A DNA stretch of 64,000 bases from Callorhinchus milii (taxonomy: Eukaryota): contig NW_024704742.1 of assembly GCF_018977255.1 (NCBI RefSeq), positions 4,528,001-4,592,000 of the forward strand, given 5' to 3'. The notes under the pieces are model-generated. The model made no database searches. It was given only the letters and a program-made list of their open reading frames with translations, and was not told the origin of the DNA. The translations under genes were made by a program, and so were the position numbers. Shown here in pieces: positions 26,318-39,840 of this stretch (its first letter is position 1; each line of letters begins with the position of its first letter).

Positions 26318-27921
26318 CTGCACGAGGAAGGAAAAGAGGGTTTCATAAACGATCTGCTTTCGTTCCCCACTTTTATTCTGTGAAGCGCTTTGAGAAGTCT
26401 CGAAGACGTGATAAGGCGCTATATCAAGTGCAAGGATTGTTATTACCATTGTTTTAAATGTAAGATACCCCTCTATGCTGAACAGAAGGATTCCCCCACC
26501 CATAGATTGTAAGATCGTTGTTAGATTTACCCCAGCCAAGTTCGTGCGCACACACACACACACTACACTACACTTCACCCTCTCAGAACGAACAGAGCTG
26601 TATAACGCTGAGTGAAATGGTGAGTGATGTGACACTCGTCATCTCTCCGCTCGCGGAAGGAGCGGATCAGCTTGGGGTCGTTTGTGAACGGCCTGTCCTC
26701 TGGATCGCGTGTGACGGGCGATCAGATGTGGCAGCGATGTTGTTTTGTGCGCACAGCCACGATAGATGTGGCTTTTATGTCGAGTCGCCCTTTGAAAAGT
26801 CACTCAGTTCCGCTTCCACTGTTACACTCAGGATTAAACAGTTCGTTCAAGGACTGAAGGATGTGTGGAGAACGCTGATTAATCCAGGAGTGGGATGTCA
26901 TACAGGTTATGTGGGGGGGGGGGGGTCGGGGGATGCTTGTGTTCAATGCACTAATTTTAATAATCCCTTAAAATAATAATAATAATTTGGTCATTTGATC
27001 CACGGCTGTTTGTGGGGACACTGGTGTGCGCAATTGGCTGCCGTGTTTCGCCTACAAAATATGCAGTCACCACACTTTACAGTATATTCTGCGAAGTGCT
27101 TTGAGATGCTACAGCGAATGCAAGGATTATTATTATTAATATAAAAAAGAGACACTGTCTAAACCAGCAACGTAAATTAAGCCACAGATATCAGCTCCTT
27201 CCTGTGGTGGAAATGAACGATGCTCTCCACCAGGCCTTTTCCTGTCACTCACCAGATGGTGCACAGAACTCATTGTGGCTTCGCTCTCTCTCTCTTTCTC
27301 AGCAAACCCGCCACCGGCTTGGGTTTGTATTGCTTTTCCTTCCGAGAGCTAACTGACCTGAAGCGGGAAATGGGCTGAACAGGACCATTCTCGGCTGCCA
27401 CCCCGATCATCGCATATTCCTGACATAATTCTTAACATCTTAAACCCAAACCCGGATTACGGAACAAACCCCAAACCTTTACAAACACAGTGGTACTGTC
27501 AGAAAGAATAACAGGTATAAGAATGCCTTACAAGGTCACACTATAACATGCAACCAAATTAATTAACGTTAGACACACGGACTGAACATACTACAACACC
27601 TGCTCGGACTCGGTTTAATATTGACCACAAGTTCCTCGATTTCCGGGGACGGTCCTTGTGTGAGGTGTTGTGTCCCTGGGCTCAAATTTGCCCCGTCTTG
27701 AATTCAGCCACGAACTGAGCAAGAACGATAACATTCTACAACAGATACATACACTGATCGAGAGGGACCCATCCATTAATCCAACACATTTCTCCAGTAA
27801 CAGCATCAGCATCAGCAACTTCTTTTTTTTTTACCTGCGTCTCCGGGTTTGCTTCACAAAATATGGTGACCCTAGGAACTCCAACGCCACAGCGAAACAC
27901 TGCCAAAAAGGCTGCACTTAC

Positions 27922-27964
27922 CAAAATAGACGGGTTTCCCACAGATCGGACAGTACGAAATCAT
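27922..27964 (-). CDS. CRIP-like LIM protein, coding exon 1 (MISYCPICGKPVYF + first base of Ala)
   Basis: ATG at 27964 in a GAAG-ATG context and donor TTTTG|GTAAGT. 43 nt, phase 1. Contains the first CxxC of a LIM domain. An upstream acceptor TTTTCACAG| (exon start 28011) implies a further 5' UTR exon. Confidence 0.93.
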
Positions 27965-28859
27965 CTTCCGAAGAGCGGATTGTCTCGATCAAATCCTACC
28001 CGATACGCAGTCTGTGAAAATGAACATTTCTAACTGACAGGAAAACCAAAGAGCATGACGTGCTTCACTTTAAAAGGAGGATGTGGTATTTTTTTAAAAA
28101 ACAAACAACCAATTCAGTCCAAGACACCTTGTACCAGCTTTACTCATTTTTAAATGTTCCTATGCCTCAGTCATACTCTCTGCAGTCGCATTCTCAAGGA
28201 AGGTTGCAAACCGCTTCGCATTTTATCTCTATTGCTGTCTTTAACGTGCATGGAAGTTATAAGGCAATGACAGAAACAGTCTTCCCACAATGTCGAACAG
28301 GGAGATGTTTCATTGTAGGTTTTAACAGCTATTTTGTCACCACAGTTATTGTATTGTGGTCAAACATGGGGGAGGTTTTTTTTACTTGTTGTAATGAGCT
28401 GTTTTCTTTTGATCTAAAATATTGCAAAATTCACGTTTGGGTGTACAAATATCATCGACATATCAATTAATACCCAGCAGCTTCACTCTGAGTTATCCTC
28501 CCTGAATCTACGTAAAAGGTTGTGAATTATTGACTGTAAAGCCCCTGTAGTTTAACACATTTGTGCACAATTTCACGTAACAGACGATTGTGCAAGTGGT
28601 TCTGGAAAGCACTGCAACAGGAAACGGCTGCTTGCCGAAGCGATAATTCTCTGATATTATAATTATAAGTTGAGCTGCAATAAGTTAACGCCGATGGCTG
28701 ACAGGCCTGTTCCTGGGCTGTAACATTCTGGAATTCACAAAAACATCCCAAATACCACGAAGAACGAAACATTCAATCTAATAACGGATCCATTTTTGAA
28801 TGTCTGAAAATCTCATTTTTTGTTACATGATGTTTTTCGCTAATTTTTCTCATTACATT

Positions 28860-28917
28860 TTCCCTCCCTCCCTCCCTTCCTTCCTCCCTTCCCTCCCTCC
28901 CTCCCTTCCCTCCTCCC
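28860..28917. repeat. (CCCT/CCTT)n polypyrimidine microsatellite
   Basis: Seen directly. Confidence 0.9.
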
Positions 28918-29393
28918 AGAGAGCAATTGATCCTTTATTTTAAAATCCACACTGGGATATGGTTTCAAGGTTTACTCCGATGCTACACAAGATGGGTCAA
29001 CCGAGCGCAAACACGCCTGCGATCTTCTAGGCCGGTGTGTTCCGGGGGAGTCTTTCTGTTTCCTCTCGTGTGTCTGCTGGTCTGTGTGAGCTTCCTGAGT
29101 CATATCGAAACGTTATTATTGAATAAAGTGTACAGGAACTAACAAAGTGTGTTGTAAAAAGGATTGGACGGTGTTCATTTGATAAACAAAACTAGCTGTG
29201 GCTCTTGAGCCTGATGCCCCACCTTCCAGCAGGAGTTCTCAGTCCAGGCACGCACAGGCTTTAGCAATCATAGAAGCAGCAGGAAATACCAGAACGCTGC
29301 TAGGACTGCCACAAGCAAGAGGAACAGCCAGCTCTGCAAAGATGTCTCACGGAGCTCCCAGGAGATCGCTGACAGAACGATGTGTAGCCATAA

Positions 29394-29624
29394 GGGTCTA
29401 ATTTGCAGTATTTCTTAACTGGATTTCTTAATAAGGAATTCAAGTTGCGGAACTTGGAACTGGGGAGTTCTTGTGGCAGCCGTCCGTGTGTGACGCTGAC
29501 CCAAAGCAACATGGGTCTGGCCCCGGCCAATTCTGGAACGGCGTTCCCGCAGGAATTCCAGCAGGTTTCCCCGACAAATAGCTTGTTAATCAATCCCACT
29601 AAGAAATATCGCAAATCAGATTCC
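29394..29624. mobile_element. MITE (Harbinger-like termini); relatives at ~8036-8249 and ~63252-63570
   Basis: GGGTCTAATTTGCAGTATTTCTTAA at one end and TAAGAAATATCGCAAATCAGATTCC at the other are inverted. TAA/TTA flanks. Confidence 0.65.
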
Positions 29625-31847
29625 TTAACCTCAATACCGAATGCCACCCCCCCACCACAAAAGGAAAGTGTTCCATTCCATCCTCCAGCACTGACGTCCC
29701 TCATCATAAGCACAAAAGTTCAGCCCCAAAAGGAATCGGTATAAGAATTGGTATTAATATGTATTAAAGAACAATAGAAATGAGACAGGTTTGCTATTGA
29801 TCAAGATGAAGCGGGATGTAATGACTGCATGAATGCGGCACGTCTTCTGAACGCTGTTAAGATGGATCTCCTCTGACCGCAGCATCCATTTTACTTGGTG
29901 GTTGCAAGGGAAATATTTCTTATTCAGTATCTGGATTTTCTCCACCAGCGAGATGAAAGGGAACAGCTGTGGGGAGTTTAAACATTCAGCTTTTTGCTTT
30001 GAGCTTCAATTGCTCTGTCAGAATTGTATCTCAAGGGTGTTATTTATATGAGCCGAACAATACAAAACGTGCTATCCGATTCTTTAACTAGACAAGTTCC
30101 CAAAAATGAGGTGACACCGGGTGACACCGTGTAAAAAACATGCACTGCGCTGAACTAAGTGACAAGATAAATTGCTACAAGATAGACATTCCTGTATACA
30201 TAGAATCACTTAATGATGATGGATCACATTCACCTTGAGTATGGTGATCAGTTGCCGCGTATCTGAGTTCAGATTAGGACTTTTTTTCCCCCTCTTTGTT
30301 AAATATTACGTTCTTTGAAGTTCTCAGCATGAGTAATAGACCGCTCTTCAAAGGTGTGATGCAGTTTTGTAAAGAACAAAGAATTAGCAATGAGACGTGA
30401 GTAAAGCCTAGGTTATTTATGGTACGTCCTCCAGTTATATCATCTTGGCCTCTGGTCTCCGCTGTATATTTTCACCCGGCCTGACTTAATGCGCCTGGAG
30501 TTGTGGGTCAAAGTACCTGAAATATGTGATGTCAAAAAGGTAGTGTTCCCCACTGGGATTCATTAACAGTGACTCTGAGTACTAAACAGGTAACTGGCAG
30601 GACCCCCACAGTCGACTGCTTCCCTGTTCTAAGACACCAGAAGTAACGTGTGGAGTTTCCCTAAGTGCAGGGTCATGTACTGCTGGTTTGGCCTCCGGCC
30701 CTTTTTTAATCGTTCCACCGTTCCCGGGTTTTCAGTAATTCGAGAAATTGAATTAAGATGGTATTCCTGAACCGTCACATATTCCGGGGATTAGCCCGGT
30801 GGAAGGTATCAAACTCCTTGCCAGTTATGACCGGTGACAACTAGCAGGTCTGGCAACAGCATGCACTGACCGTGTTGGTGGTGGAGACCAGAGAACTTGA
30901 TGTGAAGGTAACCGTGAATGAAGTAGAAATGTACAAAGTAGGAAAGAGGCAGACCATAAGAGCGGGGTTCCTCCTAATAGTTATTTATAAACGCTTTCCA
31001 GATAAAAACATGTTTACAGACTACCATCAGTGCATTATTCTGTGTCTTTCCTCTTCTTAGGTCCCAACTTTTCCTTAAGTGCTCACTGGCCTGACTCTGT
31101 ATTCTGATATATGAGAGGAACACAAGACAGGACTCCTATCATTGAGGTGTATCACTGGGCAGGGACACTGTCTGCCCTCTTTCCTACTCGCCTGTGTTTG
31201 TGTTTTGTGCTCCACCACATGCCGATCAATCACTGAGCTTCTGCAATTGTTAATTGCAATAATTGATTATTATTGTTGTTGTTTGTGACATCTGGCTGAC
31301 CACCCAAAAAATCCAACTTTACTACCTTTATCCGCTGCCCAGCAAGGCTATCAGTGTCTTGTGCGTTTCCATGTCTCCCTTTTAGTCAGATCGAGCTGCT
31401 GTCAGGAATGGATCCTTTTCCTCATTCTCCTCCAGACACCTCGTGCTGAAACCCCTGATATCTTTGTGGTGCCAATTCCCACTGATATCAGTGTTGATTT
31501 CAGCGCTCTGAGACACTACATGGGAATTATATAAATGCAAGTTGTCTTCGTTATATGGCCAACATGTCCAGGCAGGACTTACAACAGCAACAACTTGCAT
31601 TTATATAGTGTCCTTCACGCATCCCGGAGAGCTTCACTTAAACACCTCACGGGGCTTGTTAAGCAATCCAGAAATCTCTAACTGAAAACAAAATGTGATT
31701 AGCTACGGTGGAGCCATCAGAATTGTGTAATACTTACAAACCAATACTGTTTTTTGGTTAAAAAAAACTAAAAACACAACTACACTGTTTACTACTTCTG
31801 ACACGGTTCATGGAACAGAATTCCAACCCATACCTATCTGGTTCCCT

Positions 31848-32845
31848 AACATATTCAATGATTACTTCCTTCCTGGAGTTTTTTTTTATCAACAAGGACT
31901 CTAAAAATATGTCCCCAACATCCAGCAAACATTGTTTGAACTTCAAAACTTTTAACATAACTGAGCTTGGAATTCCAGATCAGCTCAAGAGGCTTAAAAC
32001 CAACAAAGTTCCCCAGGACGGATGAACTGTATCCCACGGTACTTCTGGAGACAAGGCAGGAGATTAATGTAGAGCTGTCAGACATTATGAGGGAGCCAAT
32101 CAATACTGGTGACGTTTCAACAGACTCCAAGTAAACATGTTGTTCCCATGTTCAAGAAAGGTGACAGAACCAGATCTGGCAACTGTAGACCCATTCACCT
32201 GACCTCAATAACTGGAAAAGTGATGAATTTAATCATCAGAGAAAAATGTTGACAGCCCATATTGACTGTGGGAAGCCATGACAGAGTAATAATTAGACTG
32301 CCAAAAGGCATTTGACAACATACTACAGAAGACTCCTTCACAAAATTAGATCACTGACTACCAAGGATAAGATACGGATATGGATACAGAATTGGCTGAA
32401 GGAATGGAAACAAAATATTATTGTTAGGGGAGCTAGGTCAAAATGGGGGCGATATTACATGGGGCATCTCTACTGGGACCACTGCTGTTCTTTGTATACA
32501 TGAATCATCTGGATTCGCAGATGCAGTATTAGATAAATTTGCAGGTGAGAACAAGTTGGGGACACTTCTAAAATCAGAGGAGGCACCAAAGGTTCTTCAC
32601 CACATATCTTGATAGGGCAGGCACTGGGCTGATGACTGGTAAATTAAGTTCAAAAGAGATAAGTGCAAGCTATTACATATAGGAAACAAGAATGGGAAAT
32701 GTATGTACTCCCCGGATGGGATTGAATTGACAAAGAGGGAAGCTAAAAGAGATCAAGTGTGTTAGTTGACCCATTGCTCACCATGTTGAAACAGTGCGAG
32801 GCAGCAATAAACAAGGCAAACAGGATGTTGAGCTATTTTGCTAAA
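31848..32845 (+). mobile_element. CR1 LINE ORF2, decayed
   Basis: Degenerate SPGPD-HPRVL, GN.RPI.LTSITGKVM, KAFD, WIQNWL, KFA...KLG, and DKCK.LHIG motifs. Confidence 0.85.
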
Positions 32846-35067
32846 GTAAGCCAATTCAGATCCCCAGGAATCTTACTCGTGGTGGGAGGGGAGGGAATAC
32901 CAGCGCAGGCCCAAAGGGCCAAATAGTCCATTTCCACCCCGCATTATATTTGAAGGCCTCGAGATCTGCCTAACACCAGCAAAACTCACCAGTCTCGCCA
33001 GTCTCGCCAGTCCTCGCCAGTCTCTTGACTGCGAGGTTCTAGGATGTCACCATCTCCTGTCTCTCAGGGCCGACACCACACACACACACACACACACATG
33101 CAGGCTTGTGAAGTACTGACCAACTTTTCTTTCTTTGACTTTACTGACGCCAATCTAACCTCTTCAGGCTTTACTGTGCGTCACCCACATCTTTTGTGCA
33201 CATTGCGAATCAAATGATTGATGGAAATTAAACTCCACGAGTTACTGTTTCTAGTTTCCCAGACAAGATCACTATTATATATTCCGCTAGTCACTGCTCT
33301 CCCCCAAAACAAAGCTAGTCCCATCTATCATTGTCTTTTATAATAATAATAATCCTTGCATTTAGTATATTGCCTTATCATATTGTCTACACCCACAACT
33401 TGCATTTATATACCTCCACTCAAGCAGGTAGCGACCCACAAGGCTTGTCAAAACATCTCAAAACGCTTCACAGGATTAATTGTAAAATGTAGTAATCATG
33501 TCATGTAAAGGGGGAGTTTATTGTACTAAACTAGTAATCTAACTGAGTTTCCATTAATTTCACGAGTTTTAACTTTCCTTGAAAGACTCAGGTACAGAAG
33601 AATCCAAGCGAAAAATGTGAGTGGAGTTGGGGAGTTCCGACATCCGTACCTAGAGGCGGGAGGAAAGGAACCGGATTAGAATGATAGGGACACCGACCGG
33701 AGTTTGTGCTTCAGTCCATTTCCATTTTTATGATCATAAAATGTCACCAGCTGATGGGAGGTGGTGCTGTCTGTTTTAAGTACAATGCACCACCATGCAA
33801 TTTCTCACTGCTGCCATTTGGTTTGAAACGTTGCAGTGATCTTGACAATCACTCTATTCCCAAGTATTAAGTAGCCCGGGGAGCTTGCAATATTATTTGG
33901 TCATGACATCCATTGTGCATAAAGTGCTCCTGTCCAAACCCCCGAGATTACCTCCCACTTCGACTAGCGTCTCTGCCTGTTAGTACTTCTGTAACGTTCA
34001 CAAAATCAGTTGGCCTCACTTAAAAACCACGAACCTTGTGATTATTATTGGGCAGTTTGAATTGAATTTCTTTTACTAAAAAGTCCGATTGATTTTTTAT
34101 CAGTGTGTAGCACACCTTGGGATAAAATCAATCAACAGATTACGTCGAAGCTCTCTTCAGTGATTAGTTATAAAAAATAACATTGATTAATAGATGTTTG
34201 AAACGATTTTTAAAAATGTTTTAAATCTGCCCCTCACTTTATGTTTCTGACTTCCACGAATAGAGTAATATTAAATTTTGGCTAAGAAAAGTCTTAGAAA
34301 ATCTTGTGTAAGTGATCCCTGGTGAGTGGATTTCAGTTGTGGAAACATACATAACGCAGTTAATTTGAACTCAAAGATGTTCAGCAGCTTATAGCATAAT
34401 TAATTCAGCATGTAAAATTTCTTTGATAAACTGCATTAAAATATTTAGCAGTCACTGAAATCAAATGTTAATGAGGGAAATTTTGACATGGTTCAGTTAG
34501 TCCTGGAGAAATAATAAATTGGTTAATTTCGTCAGAAGTCTAAAAACAATTATTACAAACAACCATTAATATTAATTAATTTGATTCATCTTCCATTTCA
34601 AGAAAAACAATAAAATCAGATTTTTAAATACAACATAATTATTTATTAATCATTAGTCTGAACGAACAAACATTTTAGTAATGAGTCAATTAATTCCAGC
34701 TAATTGGCACGATTCTAATGTGTGTTTCAGAACTGTGGCAACAGCCAACACACACGTGACCAACAGAAACCGTCACCACAGTCACACAGTCACCACCTCA
34801 GATCTAAATGTGAAAGACACGAATGGAAAGAAATGAAGAGCTACAGAAAAAGGTGGACATTTACCGACAGATAGATAGAGAGAGGAGAGACGGGGACATT
34901 GAATGGCCATTTGATATTGAGTGCACTGCTTGGTCAGAGACCAGACCCACTCCCACAACCTGCCACCTCGTTCTGAATGGTGAGGGCTGAGCGTGGGGTC
35001 AATCACTGGATTTTCAGTTCACCAGTCTCAGCCTTCGACTTCCAGTCAGTGCGAAGCTTGTTTTTTT

Positions 35068-35386
35068 ATAATAATAATCCTTGCATTTGATATAGCGCTT
35101 TTCACGTCGGGAGGACTTCCCAAAGCGCTTCACAGAACACACTGTAAAGTGAATTGACTGTATATTTGTGGGCGAACGCGGCAGCCAATTGCGCACAGCA
35201 ATGTCCCACAAACAGTCGTAGATTGAAAATGACCAATTTAATTATTGTTTTTTTTAGTTTTGGAGGGATTATTATTAGGCTCTGTGTGGAGTAAGGAAAC
35301 TTGCCCAAGGTTTCGCCCTCTGCCTGGAATTGAACTCAGGTCTCTCACTTGCAAAGCGAGTGCTCTAACCACTGAGCTACAGGACT
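35068..35386 (-). mobile_element. SINE subfamily B
   Basis: Near-identical reverse copy of 20155-20487. Confidence 0.95.
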
Positions 35387-35519
35387 TTTTTGTGACGTTA
35401 CTTGACAAACTAACTGCAAGTGTTCGGGTTGAGTTCCCAATAAAACAATGGGCGGCCACTCAGCCAGCTGAGCCTTGTTGTGCTATTTTCTGATGGTGAT
35501 GATGGTAACAGATCTGATT

Positions 35520-35966
35520 CTGTATCTATCGAATTCAAGATCCTCATCCTCACCTACAAGGCCATTCACGGCCTCGCTCCCTCCTACCTCTTCGACCTAC
35601 TATCCCCCTACCTACCTGCCCGTACCCTCTTCCTCTGGCTCCGGTCTGCTCCACATCCCCCGCCCCAACCGCCCTACCATCGGTGGCCGGGCCTTCAGCC
35701 TCTCAGCCCCCAGGCTCTGGAACTCTATCCCCAGTGCCTTCGCCGCTTCCTCCCTTTCCTCCTTCAAGGCCGGTCTCAAAACCTTTCTCTTTGACCGGGC
35801 CTTCAGCTCCCCTCTCGACTCTCTACCCCCTCCTCACTCCCTCCCTTCCCTCCCCTCACCCTGACCATTTCCCCCCAATGCTCGGGTCCTGACCCAACTG
35901 TACAGCGCCTTGGGACGTCCTCCTGACGTGAAAGGCGCTCAATAAATGGAATTTTGTTGTTGTTGT
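35520..35966 (+). mobile_element. L2 3' end
   Basis: IEFKILILTYKAIHGLAPSYL...GGRAFSLSAPRLWNS...FKAGLKTFLF, then tail GGGACGTCCTCCTGACGTGAAAGGCGC and (TTG)n. Confidence 0.92.
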
Positions 35967-38139
35967 ATGAGTGTAATTCCCCCCATTTCACAACGCTTTG
36001 CGAGAAGATCGCAATTCCAACTGCATTACCTTTATTTTTAAGACATCCCCCTCTGTTTCGATCCCCTTGTTTAAGAACCCCCCCCTCCCCCACCCACACT
36101 CCCCCCACTCCTATTTTGAATCCCGCTAACAGACTATTTTGCAAATTCATCAATTCTCTCCCCAACTCACATCAGAGCACCTCCTAACCTCCTGGACTCT
36201 AGACAATACAATTTAAATTTATCCAACCTCTCATCATACCTGAACCCCTTCCCAGGTACTAATGTGCTGAATTATCACTGGACACCCTCCAAGGCAAGTA
36301 TATCTGTGTGTATAAGAACACTTTTAATTCCCTCTGTACACATGCATTTACACATAGTTAACCCCACTGTGCTCTGTGCATTGCTTAATGTCCCCGTGCT
36401 CCCAGCCAGCTGTCTATAACTCTTCTTTAATACTGTTTGTTCAAGGCACATATATATATATTTTCACCTCGCTCCCTCCCCTGCTCCCTTCAAGGCACAT
36501 CTCAAGAGCCTCCTCTTCGACCGCACTCTCCTAACCCCCCTGCTCGGATCCAAATTCCTGACTGCCCAGTTACCTTGGGACGTGAAAGTAATTTTGAGTT
36601 GTATTGTATTGTAAAACGCTAATAAAATAATTGATTTGGGTCTCACTGGTCAGTGTAGGTGAGGTTCACTGCACTGATGTTACCTACAACCTGAAGCTTT
36701 ACTGAGAATGCAAAGTACCTCAAGTGTCCCTCCCTGCTCAAAGGCTACTGTCCATCTATTTTAATTACACAGTTCAATGACTTTAGAGACTTGGGACACT
36801 GTATTAGTATTAAGAAATGAATGTTACTCTCAATTCCAAAGCAGGGCATTCTTTTCCCTGGATGACATGCCTTTCTCTGTAGGTATGCGATAGATTAACA
36901 TTATTCAAATGGCTTTCTTCTCTATATCCCACTCCTTCGTCATTCCCCTCACTAATATGTTGGACTGAGGGGGAAACAGTTCTCTCCAAAGTGGTAAAAG
37001 GTTCTCCAGAGTGCCCCTTTGCTGCTGAAGATTTAAACCCCTCTTGTACTCTAAAGATTATAACAGCAACATTCAATTTTCAACCAATAACTTTATCTGT
37101 GGCCCCAAAACTCCCACACCAATTAAATACCTGACACTATGATTTGGGATTTAAGTTACACTTTGCTCTGTAGGGATTTGGAAACATGATCATCTGGACT
37201 GAAGACAATAATAGCACAATCAATAGATCATGTAACATCCAACGTGGAATTTCCTAGCAAAAGCAACAGATAATGTAACAGGGAACATTTGTGCTTTTTT
37301 GAGCTATAGTATTGCTGTGATACCAAGAAGAAAGCATTAAGACCTTTGCTCTTATTATATGAAAAAAGGTTCTGACTTCCAGGGTAGTGCTCTATCCTCC
37401 TTTGGTCACCCTCCTACCCCTACCCTCCCTGCCCTCCACCCCTCCTGATCCCAACCCACCACCCCGCGTGCGGATCCCTGACTGTCCAGCACCTTGGGAC
37501 GTCCCCCCTGACCTGAGGAGGAGGAGGAGGAGTAAGAGGAAGACATGACCAAGGGGAAAGACAGTGTTGACCGACTCCTACCTGTGTCACGTGGATCAAA
37601 GCACCTCAGAAGACAAGGTAGATGATGGGACAACGACAACTTGCATTTGTATAGCACATGGGATAGCATCTTGGAGCACTTAACAGTGGCGGAGCTTAAT
37701 ATCAAGCCAGAGGGTTCCGAGCAAGTGGGGGTGGGCTCCAATCTCGGGTGAGTAGCAGTGTGAGGCGACAAGTTGATGTCCCCTCCTCCTCCCCCTCCAC
37801 CCTGAGGTCCCAAACCAGCAGGGATCTCAATCTCTTTCCCTGTCATGTTGGTATTGAATGGTATTGAATCAGACCAGTGAGCAAAGTGGGGGAAGTCAAC
37901 AACAACAACAAACAATAAATTGCATTTGAATAGGGAGGATGTTCCAAGGCGCCAGACAACGAGGGGTTTGCACCGATTGAGCCAGCGATTGAGGAGAGCT
38001 CGGAGGAGGAAACACACAGCATATATAGAGTGCGCTGTTGGTGGCCATGTTGGGAAGCGTGTAAGTATGTTAATCGTTTTACATATTTAAATCGTTTGCA
38101 CATTAGTAAATCATTTTCACGTATGGGCAAATGAGTTAG

Positions 38140-38285
38140 AATCATGGAATCATAGAATTATACAGCACAGAAGGAGGCCATTCGGCCCATTGTGTCCATA
38201 CCGGCTCTTTGAAAGACCTGTCCAAATCAATCCCACTCCCCCGCTCTCTCCCCATAGCCCTGCAAATTTGTCCTCCCCAAATATT
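38140..38285 (-). mobile_element. CR1 3' end
   Basis: Reverse complement of the 540-678 sequence. Confidence 0.85.
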
Positions 38286-39554
38286 TAAAATGTAAAAATA
38301 AAATCTTCATCGCCAAGCTCACGAGCCTTTTTTTTTCCTGTGTTTTATATTTGTACAAATATCTTTAAACCACGTTCTTTGGCAGAACAAACGTTTATGT
38401 TACGACAAAGAGCCGTACACTGTATATGCAGAGCCATGTCCCTCTCAGAACAATGCAATCTCCTACATTGACAAAATCATCCCACGACAGAAGAAAATAT
38501 GAAGCTCTCTTAACAGATTGGGAGGCACAGCCTTATTGTCCACAAAATATACAGTCTATTCACTTTACAGTATATTCTGTGAGGCGTTTTGAGACGTGTC
38601 AATAACGTGATAAGGAGTTATATCAAATGCAAGGATTATATTATTATTATTATCTTAAAAAAAACCTTGCACGCAGCCCACAGGAATTTGTTTTTTAGAT
38701 TTATCCACCCCATTTAATGCACGCCCCAAATTAAGTGATCCGTCAAAATCATTCTTGTTTATGCAGCACACGGAATTTCTGCCCTCCACGTTCGCCTGTT
38801 CTGGCTTTACACCTTATCGTGATTCCCCTTTGCTCCTGTCTATCTGTGATGTGTCTTTCCACCTCGTTTAAACGTTTTCTTTTTGAAATGTCTGGCTGCA
38901 AAACTTGGATCGGAAAACCTTCTTGCAAAAAACAAGGCGACGTTAAGCTACTACAAGCCTCAAATTTGAAGCATGTCAGTTTGTTCAATGTGGTGCTGCT
39001 TTCTTCCGCAGAGAGCACACATTTCCTTCCTGTTCAGTTGCATTCTCCCCACAATACCCCAGTTTTACCATTTCTGCAACGTCTTACAAGCACAGTTTGT
39101 CATGCCACACGCTTTCCTCTGGGATAGTGGGACACCCTGTACTGCTGTTTCTCTTGCAATATTTAACATGATTCAGGAACTCAAGCCATTTGTGTTGTGA
39201 GAAGGATGGTCTTCCAAAGCATTTGCCAGGAAGCAAAACTAGAATTCCGATAAATATAACTAGGGTGAGGAAGGGAGTATGTGCTCACACAGAACATGTG
39301 GCAGGAGCTGGGAGAAATGGACAATATTGGAAAATGGGTCAAATTACATGCAATTCCCCGTCCACAAGATCTAAAAATTACAGAATGTGGAGGAAAATCT
39401 TAAGATGTGTTTTGTAAAAATACACCAAATTTGATCTTTTTTCTGATGTAAGACAATCCAGATCATTGCCCCTTGATTTCACCGAAGTACGGTGGTGTTC
39501 CATGAAAGATTCTGTTCATTTTACAGGCTTTTCCCTCTCACTCTAGTCACGCAC

Positions 39555-39840
39555 AATAATGACACTTGCATTTGATGCAGTGCCTTATCGCATCTTCACG
39601 ATGTCTCAAAGCGATTCACAAGATATGCTGCAAAGTGAATTGACTGTATGTTTTGTGGGAGAAACGCGGCAGCCAGTTGCGAATGACCAGTTTTAATTCG
39701 TTGGCCAGGACACCGGGAGAAACTTCATTCTCTTTTCAGATCGTGCTTATGGGATCTTTAATATCTACCTGAGTAGGACCTCGATCTAACGTCTCACCCA
39801 AAACATGGCGACAATGTAGGGCTCCCCCCAGTACTGCATT
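39555..39840 (-). mobile_element. DeuSINE fragment
   Basis: Reverse tail plus TTGGCCAGGACACCGGGAGA and GGGATCTTTAA. Confidence 0.7.

Noticed and set aside
29090..29130. Second hammerhead-like site (CTGAG...CGAAACGTT...AATAAA)
   Set aside because: No CUGANGA core and no stem II.
36810..37076. Minus-strand ORF as a coding exon (also 38749-39018)
   Set aside because: No recognisable homology and no convincing splice-site pair.
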